A program made the translations under genes and the position numbers. Positions 55,069 through 64,000 of a stretch of 64,000 nt of DNA are shown here, one piece after another. The stretch spans positions 4,096-68,095 of the forward strand of contig WRHP01000003.1 of the NCBI GenBank assembly GCA_009783195.1. The letters are read 5' to 3'. Each line of letters begins with the position of its first letter. Position 1 is the stretch's first letter. The notes under the pieces were generated by a model. That model was given only the letters and a program-made list of their open reading frames with translations, ran no database searches and was not told the origin of the DNA. Source of the stretch: Syntrophorhabdaceae bacterium (GTDB lineage Bacteria > Desulfobacterota > Deferrimicrobia > Deferrimicrobiales > Deferrimicrobiaceae).

Positions 55069-55890
55069 CTACAAGTTCGTATAGCTGTGGAGACCCGACA
55101 TCAAGAGATTCACCCCGAGGAACGTGAACAGGATCGAGCAAAACCCCGCAATCGCCAAAATAGCCGCTTTGCGCCCCCGCCACCCCACGGTTATCCGCCC
55201 GTGCAGAAGCGCCGCATACAAAAACCACGTAATCAAAGACCAGACCTCTTTCGGGTCCCAGCTCCAGTACGAACCCCAGGCGTACTTCGCCCAGATCGAG
55301 CCCGTTATGATCCCAAGCGTCAGCAGCGGAAAGCCTATCTTGAGACACTGGCTGTTGATGTCGTCCAGGACATCAAGCGACGGAAGCCGCCGGAATATCG
55401 GCCCGATACGCTTGGCCTTGAGCTCCCGCTCCATCATCAGATACATGATCCCCGCGCCAAACGCCACGGTAAACACGGCGTAGCCGAGAAACAGAAGCAG
55501 CGCGTGGACAGGAAGCCAGCCAGAGTTGAGCGCGGGCGCCAACGGACGAATATGTCCGGAAAGAACAGCAGAACAGACAGCCAGGACCAGCGCCACCGGA
55601 GCCACGAAAACGCCCAGTACCCTGACATTGTGTTTGAGCTCAAACGCAAGAAAGACGCAGACAGTCACAAAAGAGAAAAAAGAAAGCGACTCGAACAGGC
55701 TGGTAACAGGCATATATCCCACGCTCAGATACCTGGCGGTTAAACCAGCCGCGTGAAGGATAGCGCCTATCAGTATAAACATCCGGCCAAGGCGGGCGCT
55801 TCGCTCGTTCAGCTTGATAATGAAATGCAGGTAGAAGATGTTTCCTATCAGGTAAAAGAACGCCGTAGCCTTCAAGATGGCGATTTGCAT
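55069..55890 (-). CDS. CcsA/HemX-type cytochrome c assembly membrane protein
   Basis: 273 aa and polytopic. Trp-rich motif WAKYAWGSYWSWDPKEVWSLITW. Sits upstream of hemA, like hemX in hemAXCDBL-type clusters. Confidence 0.8.
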   Translation of the reverse strand: MQIAILKATAFFYLIGNIFYLHFIIKLNERSARLGRMFILIGAILHAAGLTARYLSVGYMPVTSLFESLSFFSFVTVCVFLAFELKHNVRVLGVFVAPVALVLAVCSAVLSGHIRPLAPALNSGWLPVHALLLFLGYAVFTVAFGAGIMYLMMERELKAKRIGPIFRRLPSLDVLDDINSQCLKIGFPLLTLGIITGSIWAKYAWGSYWSWDPKEVWSLITWFLYAALLHGRITVGWRGRKAAILAIAGFCSILFTFLGVNLLMSGLHSYTNL

Positions 55891-56267
55891 GAAGATATTT
55901 TATCAGAAGAACAAAAAGCAGCGCAAATCCCTGATAAATAAAGAGGCAATCACAGAAAAAACTGTCCCTGGAAGTATCGCTGGAAATGCAATGTTTTATA
56001 CATCAAACGTGGAACGGAAGTCCTTCGGAAACAGACACGCCGCAATTTGAAAATTTAATCAAGCCGACGGAAATACTTAATACTTCAGTTAGTATGCTAT
56101 CAAATACAAGAATATAGATTCCCCGCGCCGCTTTGAGTACCGGCAAACTCATGAAACAGTATTAAAGCAGCATCGCAACCGCCAAAACAATACAAAAGCA
56201 CAACCCGACGACGCTCTCGATATTAAAACCACCCGAAAAGCAAAGTGATTTTAGCCTGATTGTTTTC

Positions 56268-58226
56268 TTACCAGAAGTAACGGCGCACAGTGAGTATCCC
56301 TTCGACCCTGTCTACGCCTCTGGTCCGCTCCAAGGAGATATCGGCTTTCAGCGCCCAATCCCTGGATAATGCTAATCCTTGCCGTAGCGCCAGCAAAAGA
56401 TCCGGCCCTTTGCCAGTCTCGCCAACCACACCCCAGATCCCGCGTCCTTCAAGCCAAACCTGCCAGCCGCTTAACGGCTGCGCCGTCAACCCTACCGACG
56501 CGCCGGCGCCGATCCGGTACGCGGGGTTATAATTGCTGTTTACAGCCGCCTCCGCTTCCGCCATTGCGTAGGCCGAAACATTCCCGCCCAGCGAAACCGC
56601 ATAACCGACCCCAGTTCCGGAGTTTACGACTTCCGACTGCCGGTCCCGCGTAAAATCGCGTGTATCCAGCGCCACACGGACTTTCCATGACATTGGGCGC
56701 AAGATCTGGTCTACCGGGTCAACCGATTGAATACGGACAAAGTCGAGCCGGTTCAGCCTGAGCCGCTCCTTTTCCGGATACCATCGCAAATCGCCGGAAA
56801 AAAACTCGATCATGGCCCCCGGCGTGTAGCCCTTCCAGGAATCCGTGTAGTCATGGTACGCCGGACGTATGCCAAGCTCCACGAAACCGTCGTTTCCCCG
56901 CCAGCCTCCGCCAAGATGTACCGAGGCGCTTGGATGCCCATTTTCCGGAGAGGACGGCTGTAAAAGCTTGTCCGGATCTTCCCCAAAACGCGTTTTTGCT
57001 CTTGCAAACAGGATGGAATGGAAACGCCGCTGAAACTCCTCGTGCTCCATGCCTTTCTTCGCGCTTTTGTATTGCACGAGCAGCGCGGCCAGATCGAGCG
57101 TGCGCGCCTTGTTCTTGTCTGTGGCCGACTCTGAAAACGCCGCGTCCGCCGGAACATCTCCATCGGCAATCTTGATAGCCAGCCCTCGCTCCTGTCCGGG
57201 CAAAAGCGAATACACGTGCCTGATCTGGGTTGAGCGCGAAGGGCGCCAGACGACATTGTCCACAAGCCCGGCGTCGAGCGTCGCGCGAACAGTATCCATC
57301 GGGATAACCCAAACCCGGTCCATCCTCTCAGTCAGGCGCGCCTCCGGACGCGCGGCGTCAAGCAGGAAAAGAACGTTATATGAGCAGTTTTCGTCGAAGA
57401 AGAAGTAGTCCGACGCGATCCCCCGCATCTCAAGGAGATGCAGGATCATCCGGCGCACCTCCTCCGGCTTGAGGTTCAACGAATATTCCCACATGTCGCG
57501 CTGGTCGATATTGGAATACTCGCGGACCTTGTCGTAGTACGGCAGCAGGGAATAGTAGCCGTCGTAGCCCCCCAATAATCCTTTAAACGTGAACGTAACG
57601 CCGCTGTCTTCCGGGTCTGTAAATCCCGCATAGTTAACGGCAAAAGCCAAAAGCGGCTCCCCAAGAGCCGAGTCTATCCTTAAAAAAGTATGGCCAAACA
57701 TAGAGGCCGGCGAGTTCACGTAGCCGGAGGCAAACACCATCGAAACGGCAGGCCCGTCGATAGTCCGCAGGATATTATCCTGCACCGGGCACGGAGGAGG
57801 AGACGGAATACGGGAAAGATCGATATCAAGCTCCCGGCCAAGCCAGGCATAGCGCGCCGGGAAACGGCAAAAAGCCGCGTTGTCCAACGAAACATTGTCT
57901 GTCGAAACATCAAATAGCCCGGAAAGCGTGGCGTTAAGCTCCGCCTCCGGGTTCTTCTTTCCTTGCGGAGACATAAAAAATTTAGGGTCGTCTATCAAGC
58001 TTTTCTGTCCGCCGAGCCACGGGCGATAGTGCAGCAGAATTCGCCAGTACCGATCTTCGGACAGATTGGCCGAGGATGCGCGCTCTTTCAGCTCATGGAG
58101 GTAGGAATCATCGGAGGCGCATGCGCCGGAAACATATATCCATGCCGCCGACAGCGCGCAGGCCAGAAAGAAAAGGGCACGCGCCCAACGGACGCGCGCC
58201 CTTACGTTAAAACAAAACGCCTTCAG
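56268..58226 (-). CDS. DUF4105 (Lnb N-terminal domain) envelope protein with beta-rich C-terminal domain
   Basis: The track ORF starts at TTG 57998. The in-frame upstream sequence encodes a signal peptide and the family motif (RARVRWARALFFLACALSAAWIYVSGACAS...DRYWRILLHYRPW). The only candidate start is CTG 58224-58226. The hallmark NSPASMFGHTFLRIDS is present. Confidence 0.75.
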   Translation of the reverse strand: MKAFCFNVRARVRWARALFFLACALSAAWIYVSGACASDDSYLHELKERASSANLSEDRYWRILLHYRPWLGGQKSLIDDPKFFMSPQGKKNPEAELNATLSGLFDVSTDNVSLDNAAFCRFPARYAWLGRELDIDLSRIPSPPPCPVQDNILRTIDGPAVSMVFASGYVNSPASMFGHTFLRIDSALGEPLLAFAVNYAGFTDPEDSGVTFTFKGLLGGYDGYYSLLPYYDKVREYSNIDQRDMWEYSLNLKPEEVRRMILHLLEMRGIASDYFFFDENCSYNVLFLLDAARPEARLTERMDRVWVIPMDTVRATLDAGLVDNVVWRPSRSTQIRHVYSLLPGQERGLAIKIADGDVPADAAFSESATDKNKARTLDLAALLVQYKSAKKGMEHEEFQRRFHSILFARAKTRFGEDPDKLLQPSSPENGHPSASVHLGGGWRGNDGFVELGIRPAYHDYTDSWKGYTPGAMIEFFSGDLRWYPEKERLRLNRLDFVRIQSVDPVDQILRPMSWKVRVALDTRDFTRDRQSEVVNSGTGVGYAVSLGGNVSAYAMAEAEAAVNSNYNPAYRIGAGASVGLTAQPLSGWQVWLEGRGIWGVVGETGKGPDLLLALRQGLALSRDWALKADISLERTRGVDRVEGILTVRRYFW

Positions 58227-58232
58227 TTCGAA

Positions 58233-58706
58233 TTATCCCTGCGCGATCTTCGTGATCATTTCCACCACGTGGGCAGTCTCGACAGTCGGGGTCGGGAAGA
58301 TCTCGGAGAAGCTCATCTGCAATTTCTGGTTGAACTCCTGACGCGACTCTTTCGGCACGTCCAGAAGAACCGCTACTACCGTCAAAGTCTCGCCCTGTCC
58401 CGCCGCGATGTCGCGGGCGAGGTCGTCGAGGTTTTTATACGCGAACTCGTTCAGCTTCTCGTTGGAAGCAACATTCTTGGGTTTGTAGCAATCTGACGTT
58501 CCGGTGGAAATACCGAAAGTGCCGTTGCCGCAGATGCCGTTCAGGAAGGTGGCGACGACTTGCAGCAGGATGCTGTCATTTGCTCCCCCATCCTTGAACA
58601 GGACAGCGCCGAGCCCGCAGCCGTAGTTGTTCTGCCCGGTCGGGGCGGCCATTGCGGGAACCGCAAGAACAAGAACCAGAGCAATTGCCAAAGCCAGTTT
58701 CTTCAT
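58233..58706 (-). CDS. DUF3015 family secreted protein
   Basis: 157 aa. Signal peptide MKKLALAIALVLVLAVPAMA, then YGCGLGAVLF...NGTFGISTGTSDC, typical of DUF3015. Confidence 0.75.
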   Translation of the reverse strand: MKKLALAIALVLVLAVPAMAAPTGQNNYGCGLGAVLFKDGGANDSILLQVVATFLNGICGNGTFGISTGTSDCYKPKNVASNEKLNEFAYKNLDDLARDIAAGQGETLTVVAVLLDVPKESRQEFNQKLQMSFSEIFPTPTVETAHVVEMITKIAQG

Positions 58707-58842
58707 TACTTTTCCTCCTTGTGGATTATGTTGCTGCCCGCTATTTCCAACTGCCTTTTAGATACTTTGGTAATTATTCAGTAGATATAGCTCCATGACA
58801 AGAAATATTACAACGCGCAAAAAAATATGTTTTTCGCCCTGT

Positions 58843-59718
58843 TCAAGGCGAGCAAGCGCCCTGCTCCCCCGGCGTGATCCACTCCCCAAGAAAATCTAAA
58901 AAATATTTGCGGATCGGTGGGTTCCACAACGCCATGATGTGCCCCCCATCCTCGTTTGTCCAAAACCCCTTCGGGTCCTTTGCCAGTTCGTAAAGCATTA
59001 CGCCGTGCCCGTAAGGAACAATGCCGTCTTTTGTCCCGTGGATCACGATGACCGGCCCCGGCCCCGCCTTGTCAACCCAGCGCGACGCGCTGTACTCGTC
59101 ACCGTAGAAAAGGCTTACCGGCCAGGCAAGCGGCCAGGTGAACCAGAAATCGGACAGCTTGTCGCGGACGATCTTTCGGTAACCCGCAAAAGCGCTGTCG
59201 ATAATGAGCGCCCTCGGACGTTGATCAAGCGGAGTCTTTGCTACGGTATGAACCGCGATAGATCCGCCAAGCGATTGCCCAAGCACGACGTACCGTTCCG
59301 GGGAAACACCGGGCATCGAGAGCAGCTTATCGACCGCCGCCAGCGCGTCGCGGTGAACGCCCGGAAGATCAGGTTTCCCGGCCGAGCGGCCGTATCCGCG
59401 ATAATCAAAGGCGAAAACCTCGTACCCTTCCTTCACCAGCCAAAGCGTGGCTCTGGCATGCGTGCTGATATTCTCCGCGTTGCCATGCAAAAAGAGGATC
59501 GTGCCGCGCGGCGTCCTGTTTTGCGGACACATGAGCCAGCCGTGTAACGAAACGCCATCGGAAGACTCAAACTCTATGTCTTTGTAGGAAATGTTATCCA
59601 GGGCCGGTGTCCATACCTCTTCGGGCATCGGGTGAAAAAACACCGAAGTGCATCCACTCACGACAACAAACAACGCAAGCAAAACGAAAAACATGGACAA
59701 GCCCAAGCGCGCGAACAT
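58843..59718 (-). CDS. Alpha/beta hydrolase (membrane-anchored or lipoprotein)
   Basis: 291 aa. N-terminus FFVLLALFVVVSGC, then HGNAENIS, FDYRGYGRSAG and the nucleophile elbow GQSLGG. Confidence 0.8.
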   Translation of the reverse strand: MFARLGLSMFFVLLALFVVVSGCTSVFFHPMPEEVWTPALDNISYKDIEFESSDGVSLHGWLMCPQNRTPRGTILFLHGNAENISTHARATLWLVKEGYEVFAFDYRGYGRSAGKPDLPGVHRDALAAVDKLLSMPGVSPERYVVLGQSLGGSIAVHTVAKTPLDQRPRALIIDSAFAGYRKIVRDKLSDFWFTWPLAWPVSLFYGDEYSASRWVDKAGPGPVIVIHGTKDGIVPYGHGVMLYELAKDPKGFWTNEDGGHIMALWNPPIRKYFLDFLGEWITPGEQGACSP

Positions 59719-59826
59719 CGGTTCCCCCTGAAAAGCTGGTCTGTCGTTACTTGTATGCTAACACTCCGGCGCATCATAACCCCGGTTTTGCGGAATTAAA
59801 GCCGCGCTCATGGTAAAGTTTTTCTC

Positions 59827-60966
59827 ATGATTATTGGGAAAAATACGGTCGCCTCCCCGCTTTGGGCGGGTTTCGACGGAAAAACGCTTTCTCCCAGGCT
59901 TGCCGCGTGGCTCGCGAAAGGGCTGGTTGGCGGCGTTGTGCTGTTTGCCAGAAATATCGAATCGCCCGATCAGACGCGCTCGCTGTGCCGCGAGATCAAA
60001 GCCGCCGTAAAACCAGGAAGCCCTTCTCCGCTTATCGCCGTGGACCAGGAGGGCGGCCGTGTAGCCCGGTTCCGCAATCCGCCATATACGGAATTTCCGC
60101 CCGCCCGCGCCTGCTCCCTGTTTGGAAACACAAGCATGGACACCGCGCGGTCATTCGGCGAAGCGATGGGATCGGAGCTTCGCGCGGCCGGCATCGACAT
60201 CAATTTTGCCCCCGTGCTCGACGTGGATACCAACCACGCAAATCCGGTGATCGGGGATCGTTCCTTCTCGGACAGGCCAGGCGAAGCGGGACAGCTGGGG
60301 ATGGAATTTGCGAAGGGATTAACGACGCGAGGAATCCTTCCCGTGGGCAAGCATTTCCCCGGACATGGTGACACATCGTCTGACTCTCACGAAGAACTGC
60401 CTGTGGTCAAAGCGGACCTTAAAACCCTTTCGGCGCGCGAGCTTGTACCGTTTCGCCAGGCAATCCGCGAGGGAATCCCAGCGCTTATGACCGCGCATGT
60501 CGTCTATCCGGCGCTTGACCCGTCGCTGCCCGCCACGCTGTCCGGAAAAATCCTTAAAGGGCTGCTCAGGAAAACAATGCGCTTTCGCGGCGCGATCTTT
60601 TCAGACGCATTGGAAATGAAAGCAATCACCGGACGCTGGAACATAGGCGAGTCCGCCTTCCTCGCCGTAACGGCCGGGTGCGATGTCGTCCTCATCTGCC
60701 GCGGAGAAGATATGCAGGCCGAGGCGATTGAGCGGCTTGAGCGAGAAGCGCGTAACGACGCTACATTCCGCCGTCTCCTGGAGACCGCGGCTCTTCGCTC
60801 GGAGCGGCTTCGGGCGTTGATGGCGTCGCGAGATCGGCGCCGTCCGGACTCCCGTTCGATTGGGTCGCTTCGGAATAAGAAGGTGTCTGCTCTGCTACGG
60901 GAACGCTGGGCAGATACCGGACATACATGCCGGGACGATAGACCCGGTAATATTGGAGAAGGTTAA
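59827..60966 (+). CDS. nagZ: Beta-N-acetylhexosaminidase (GH3)
   Basis: 379 aa. IAVDQEGGRVARF and KHFPGHGDTSSDSHEELP. The C-terminal ~45 aa extend past the conserved core and overlap the convergent slt gene. Confidence 0.88.
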   Translation: MIIGKNTVASPLWAGFDGKTLSPRLAAWLAKGLVGGVVLFARNIESPDQTRSLCREIKAAVKPGSPSPLIAVDQEGGRVARFRNPPYTEFPPARACSLFGNTSMDTARSFGEAMGSELRAAGIDINFAPVLDVDTNHANPVIGDRSFSDRPGEAGQLGMEFAKGLTTRGILPVGKHFPGHGDTSSDSHEELPVVKADLKTLSARELVPFRQAIREGIPALMTAHVVYPALDPSLPATLSGKILKGLLRKTMRFRGAIFSDALEMKAITGRWNIGESAFLAVTAGCDVVLICRGEDMQAEAIERLEREARNDATFRRLLETAALRSERLRALMASRDRRRPDSRSIGSLRNKKVSALLRERWADTGHTCRDDRPGNIGEG

Positions 60967-63034
60967 AGATCACCCTTCTGAGATATAAACGCGTCTCCTG
61001 ATAGCTGATCCGCTCCAGATATGCCGCCGGGTCGTTTTTTCCGGACGCGTCCCACCATCTGCGGACCGCCGACTCTCCGCTGTTGTAAGCCGACACAGCG
61101 CGGAAATAATCGCCGTCAAACTCCTTGAGCAGTTTCGCCAAATAATACGTTCCGAGACGAACGTTGATCTCTGGCCGCGTCAGATCCGCCCGGCTTGGCT
61201 TTGGCAATCCTTTACTCTTTGCGGTTGTGGCCGCTGTTCTTGGCATCAATTGCATCAGTCCGACAGCGCCCGCCGACGAAATAGCGTCCGCCTGAAATAA
61301 CGATTCCTGCCGGATAATCGCGTGCAGCACAAGCGGGTCAATCCCTTCCTGCGACTGGTCGCAGTCGCTTACGTATTCCGGCGCCAGCGGATACCTGATA
61401 CGGTCGAGCAGCCCAGGGTTCTTCGGGTCTATTTGCAGGTTAACTGTCTCGCGGATGCCTCCCCGCAGATCGCCCGCCATGTACCGGAACAGCCCCGCGG
61501 CGCCGTCGTCAGCCATTCCGACCGCTTTTTTCACGGAAGCGCTGCTTACCCGCTGCGCTTCCATCACCGCGTAGTTCACGACACCAAGATTTATCAGACG
61601 CGCGGCGCGGCGCACTTTCTCTTCGTCCGCCGGTTTCCAGGAGGCTCCTAGCACCTTATTCCACAGCAGGTCGCGCTCCTCACGGCATTTTTTCGTCTCG
61701 CCGCTGGACACTGCGTTGAACATCTGAAACGGATCTCCTCCCAGGTCTTTCACGGCAAACAGCGCGTAGATGCCGGCCGTAGGGTCCACGGCAATCTCCG
61801 CGAACACCCGCGTCGCCTCTTTCTTGCGCCCGCTTTCACGGAGAGAACGCGCCCTCCAGAACCTGTGCCTCGCCGTCTCTACCCCTCCAAAGCTTTCATC
61901 CTGCTCTCCTGTTTTGAAAGCGGGGATAGCCTTGTCATACTGTTTCTGCAAATACAAACCGTACGCATAGCGAAAAACAGATTCGGAACGAACCTTGTCA
62001 TTCGACGCAAGCCTTAGCCGCCCAAACGCCTCCGTCGCCCAGGCAATATCGCCATCCTCCAGCGCAACCCACGCCGCCGCGTAACGCGCCCTCTCTCTGG
62101 TCGCGAGGTTTCCGTCGCCCAAGGCGACAGCCATAAACTTATTCCGCGCTTCGGCAAGCCGCCCGGCCTTCCAGTCCACACGCGCCTGCAAGACCTGCAT
62201 CTCCGATTTATGAACGGCAAGCCCGCTTTCGAAACGCTTTCCCAGCAGCGCCGCGGCCTCGGAGGTCATTCCCTGCTTGCGCAGCATCTCGGCGTAATCC
62301 AGCGCCATCGCGAAATACTCTCCGGAAGGCGAAAACCGATCCAGCGTATTGTCGTAAACCTCCTTCGCCCTCTCAATGTCCAATGCGCGGCCAATCGCTT
62401 TCCCAAGTTTCGCGTAGAAGGCAATTGGGAGATCCAGCGGCTCCAGCAACCCTTCATTCCACCAGCCCCACAAGCGCTCATACGACAGGTTTGCCGCCGG
62501 TTGGGCGGTATAGGACGCGATGTTTTCAAGATGAAACTGCGACGCTTCGGCCATATTGCCGTCCTCTTCCGCAACAAGAGCCGACATGTACAGTTCCTCG
62601 GATTTTCTTTCGCTGCCCGTCACTTTTCCCTTCGAAACAGACAGGCCCGCCCTCACAAGCAGAAGATCGTTATCAAGAGCCGCCGCGTAGCCGATCTCGT
62701 GCCGGATATAAGGGATCATGGGCGAACCTTGGTATTGCTGCTCCAGCCGGGTCATAACGCCAACGGCTTCGATATGCTTTCTGTTCCGCGTCATAGACAT
62801 GCCGTGGAAATACAGGACGTAATCGCCAAGGTCGTGTTCTTTGGGCGGTATGCCCGCAAATACCGCTTCAGCCTCCTCGAAACGTTCGCTTGCCAGGAAA
62901 TTCCAGCCTTCCCGGAACGCCATATCGTGTTTGTTTGTCAAAAGCGGAGCCATGGCGCAAAGCGCAAACTGCGGGAGACCGGCACAAAGGATCCAGATTG
63001 ATATTAAGAAAAACCCGATTCTGCGCGATAAGAT
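60761..63034 (-). CDS. Soluble lytic murein transglycosylase (Slt70-like: superhelical N-domain + SLT domain)
   Basis: SLT catalytic region AIIRQESLFQADAISSAGAVGLMQLMP...YNSGE. The track start is ATG 62953, but the in-frame upstream sequence encodes a signal peptide (LSRRIGFFLISIWILCAGLPQFALCA) beginning at ATC 63032-63034, 6 nt after AAGGAGG. Confidence 0.85.
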   Translation of the reverse strand: MLSRRIGFFLISIWILCAGLPQFALCAMAPLLTNKHDMAFREGWNFLASERFEEAEAVFAGIPPKEHDLGDYVLYFHGMSMTRNRKHIEAVGVMTRLEQQYQGSPMIPYIRHEIGYAAALDNDLLLVRAGLSVSKGKVTGSERKSEELYMSALVAEEDGNMAEASQFHLENIASYTAQPAANLSYERLWGWWNEGLLEPLDLPIAFYAKLGKAIGRALDIERAKEVYDNTLDRFSPSGEYFAMALDYAEMLRKQGMTSEAAALLGKRFESGLAVHKSEMQVLQARVDWKAGRLAEARNKFMAVALGDGNLATRERARYAAAWVALEDGDIAWATEAFGRLRLASNDKVRSESVFRYAYGLYLQKQYDKAIPAFKTGEQDESFGGVETARHRFWRARSLRESGRKKEATRVFAEIAVDPTAGIYALFAVKDLGGDPFQMFNAVSSGETKKCREERDLLWNKVLGASWKPADEEKVRRAARLINLGVVNYAVMEAQRVSSASVKKAVGMADDGAAGLFRYMAGDLRGGIRETVNLQIDPKNPGLLDRIRYPLAPEYVSDCDQSQEGIDPLVLHAIIRQESLFQADAISSAGAVGLMQLMPRTAATTAKSKGLPKPSRADLTRPEINVRLGTYYLAKLLKEFDGDYFRAVSAYNSGESAVRRWWDASGKNDPAAYLERISYQETRLYLRRVIFNLLQYYRVYRPGMYVRYLPSVPVAEQTPSYSEATQSNGSPDGADLATPSTPEAAPSEEPRSPGDGGM

Positions 63035-63143
63035 AACAGACCTCCTTGGGCAGCCGGCTAGTTGGAGGGGGAGAAGCTGCCTGAGATGGTATTATTATCA
63101 CTAAATAGACACTTTAATATCCAGCGTCTATAGAAAGCGAGAG

Positions 63144-64000
63144 TGTTTCTTGATAACATCCCTCTCCACACACCTATTCGTTTTCAGTAACCTGAGCGAT
63201 GAAATCCTTTCCTTGTTTCCGAAATACGGCTTTAGTCACGCGGAGATATGGGCGATGCCACCTCATTTTTCGTATGACGAAACCGCAGACCGCATAGCCG
63301 AAAACATGGCTCGCCACGGAATCCGGATTGCAAGTCTCCACGGCCCCATATACCCGGATATTCGGACTTACAAGACAGAAAAATGGTATTCACTCGGATC
63401 AGCCAATGCTGAACAGCGCTCGGCTTCGGTGGAGGCCAATCAGAAGGCGGCGTTGTGGCTTGCCCGCAACGGCGGAGGAACAGTGGTGCTGCACACGGGT
63501 TTCCATTCCGAAAACTGGTACCCGGAGCGGTGGTACTCCTTTCTTTCCTCCCTGGAAGAACTTGTAAATTCAACACCGGACAACATCCGGTTCGCCGTGG
63601 AAAACACGCCGGTTGACTCCGGACGCAGCGACATTATCCACGACATCGTTGCCCGTTTCCCGGAAAACCGGGTCGGAATCTGTATCGACGTGGGACACGC
63701 AAATATCGTCGAGACGGCGCAAAGCGCTATCAGCACCGCCGGAAACCGGCTTATTCATATCCACGCCTCGGATAACCACGGAGACAAGGACGACCACCTG
63801 ATCCCCGGCGACGGGAACATCTGCTGGAAAACGGTGATGGAAGAACTTCAAAAGATCAATTTTCATGGAGCCTTTACTTTAGAGCTACGGGATAACACGC
63901 AAAGCGACAAACCGACTTGCAAAGATTTCGAGTACATCCTCTCGGATGCCCACGCCGCTTTGGCGCGAATCCTCAACACGCAAGGCGACGCCCCGGCCCA
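63144..64000 (+). CDS. Xylose isomerase-like TIM barrel protein (3' end outside window)
   Basis: Not in the track because there is no stop within the window. Manual translation: SLHGPIY, VVLHTG, RFAVENT, ICIDVGHA, HIHASDNHGDKDDHLIPGDG. Start is GTG 63144 or TTG 63150. Paralogous in type to the gene at 33682-34470. Confidence 0.7.

Noticed and set aside
55899-55938. 8-bp inverted repeat TTTATCAG-N24-CTGATAAA just upstream of the ccsA-like start
   Set aside because: The arms are short and AT-rich in an AT-rich spacer, which is expected fairly often by chance. There is no supporting conservation or known binding motif, so it is not called as a regulatory site.

Overview
GC-rich, gene-dense bacterial chromosomal segment with about 62 protein-coding genes and one tRNA-Thr(CGU). 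I recognised no rRNA, CRISPR array, transposase, integrase-bearing island or prophage. Most of the window is core housekeeping: a class V aminotransferase and a ThiF/MoeB-type E1; coaX-birA; a GlcD/GlcF-like oxidase pair; folK-dapB-dapA-dapF-lysA; argF-argD-argB; hslUV-xerC-trmFO; type IV pilus motor genes pilB-pilT-pilC with a PilS-like kinase; aroE; RNase G; ubiE/menG; an ECF sigma/anti-sigma pair; polA; ccsA-like-hemA-hemC-hemD-hemB; nagZ and an Slt-type lytic transglycosylase. Every gene from 1554 to 33559 is on the minus strand, many with short stop/start overlaps. Gene content and synteny (MglA-type GTPase, aroE-pilB-pilT-pilC-pilS order) suggest a Deltaproteobacteria/Desulfobacterota-like organism, but that is inference. 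Three candidates could be something undescribed. (1) 1554-6884: a tightly coupled string of an EF-G2-like GTPase, an LRV/HEAT-like solenoid protein, a catalytically intact MglA-like GTPase with a ~235-aa repeat-rich C-terminal extension, and a GAF-GAF-degenerate-GGDEF protein, with no MglB. (2) 41338-44814: an operon pairing a cytoplasmic MJ0042-type zinc-ribbon / 27-aa-repeat / TM / DUF3426-like protein with an exported FecR-like, Trp/Tyr/Gly-rich protein that ends in Ser-rich repeats and an RGG-like tail. (3) 34605-38647: a fused radical SAM + DUF2344-type protein translationally coupled to RNase G. Other points: two envelope proteins (the DUF4105 protein and Slt) have signal-peptide coding regions with no ATG/GTG/TTG start, leaving CTG and an SD-preceded ATC as candidates; an untracked 47-aa lipoprotein gene sits upstream of lysA; nagZ and slt overlap convergently by 206 nt; and a ~600-bp ORF-less region carries a strong orphan terminator. 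All homology calls come from motif recognition by eye; no database search or computation was run.
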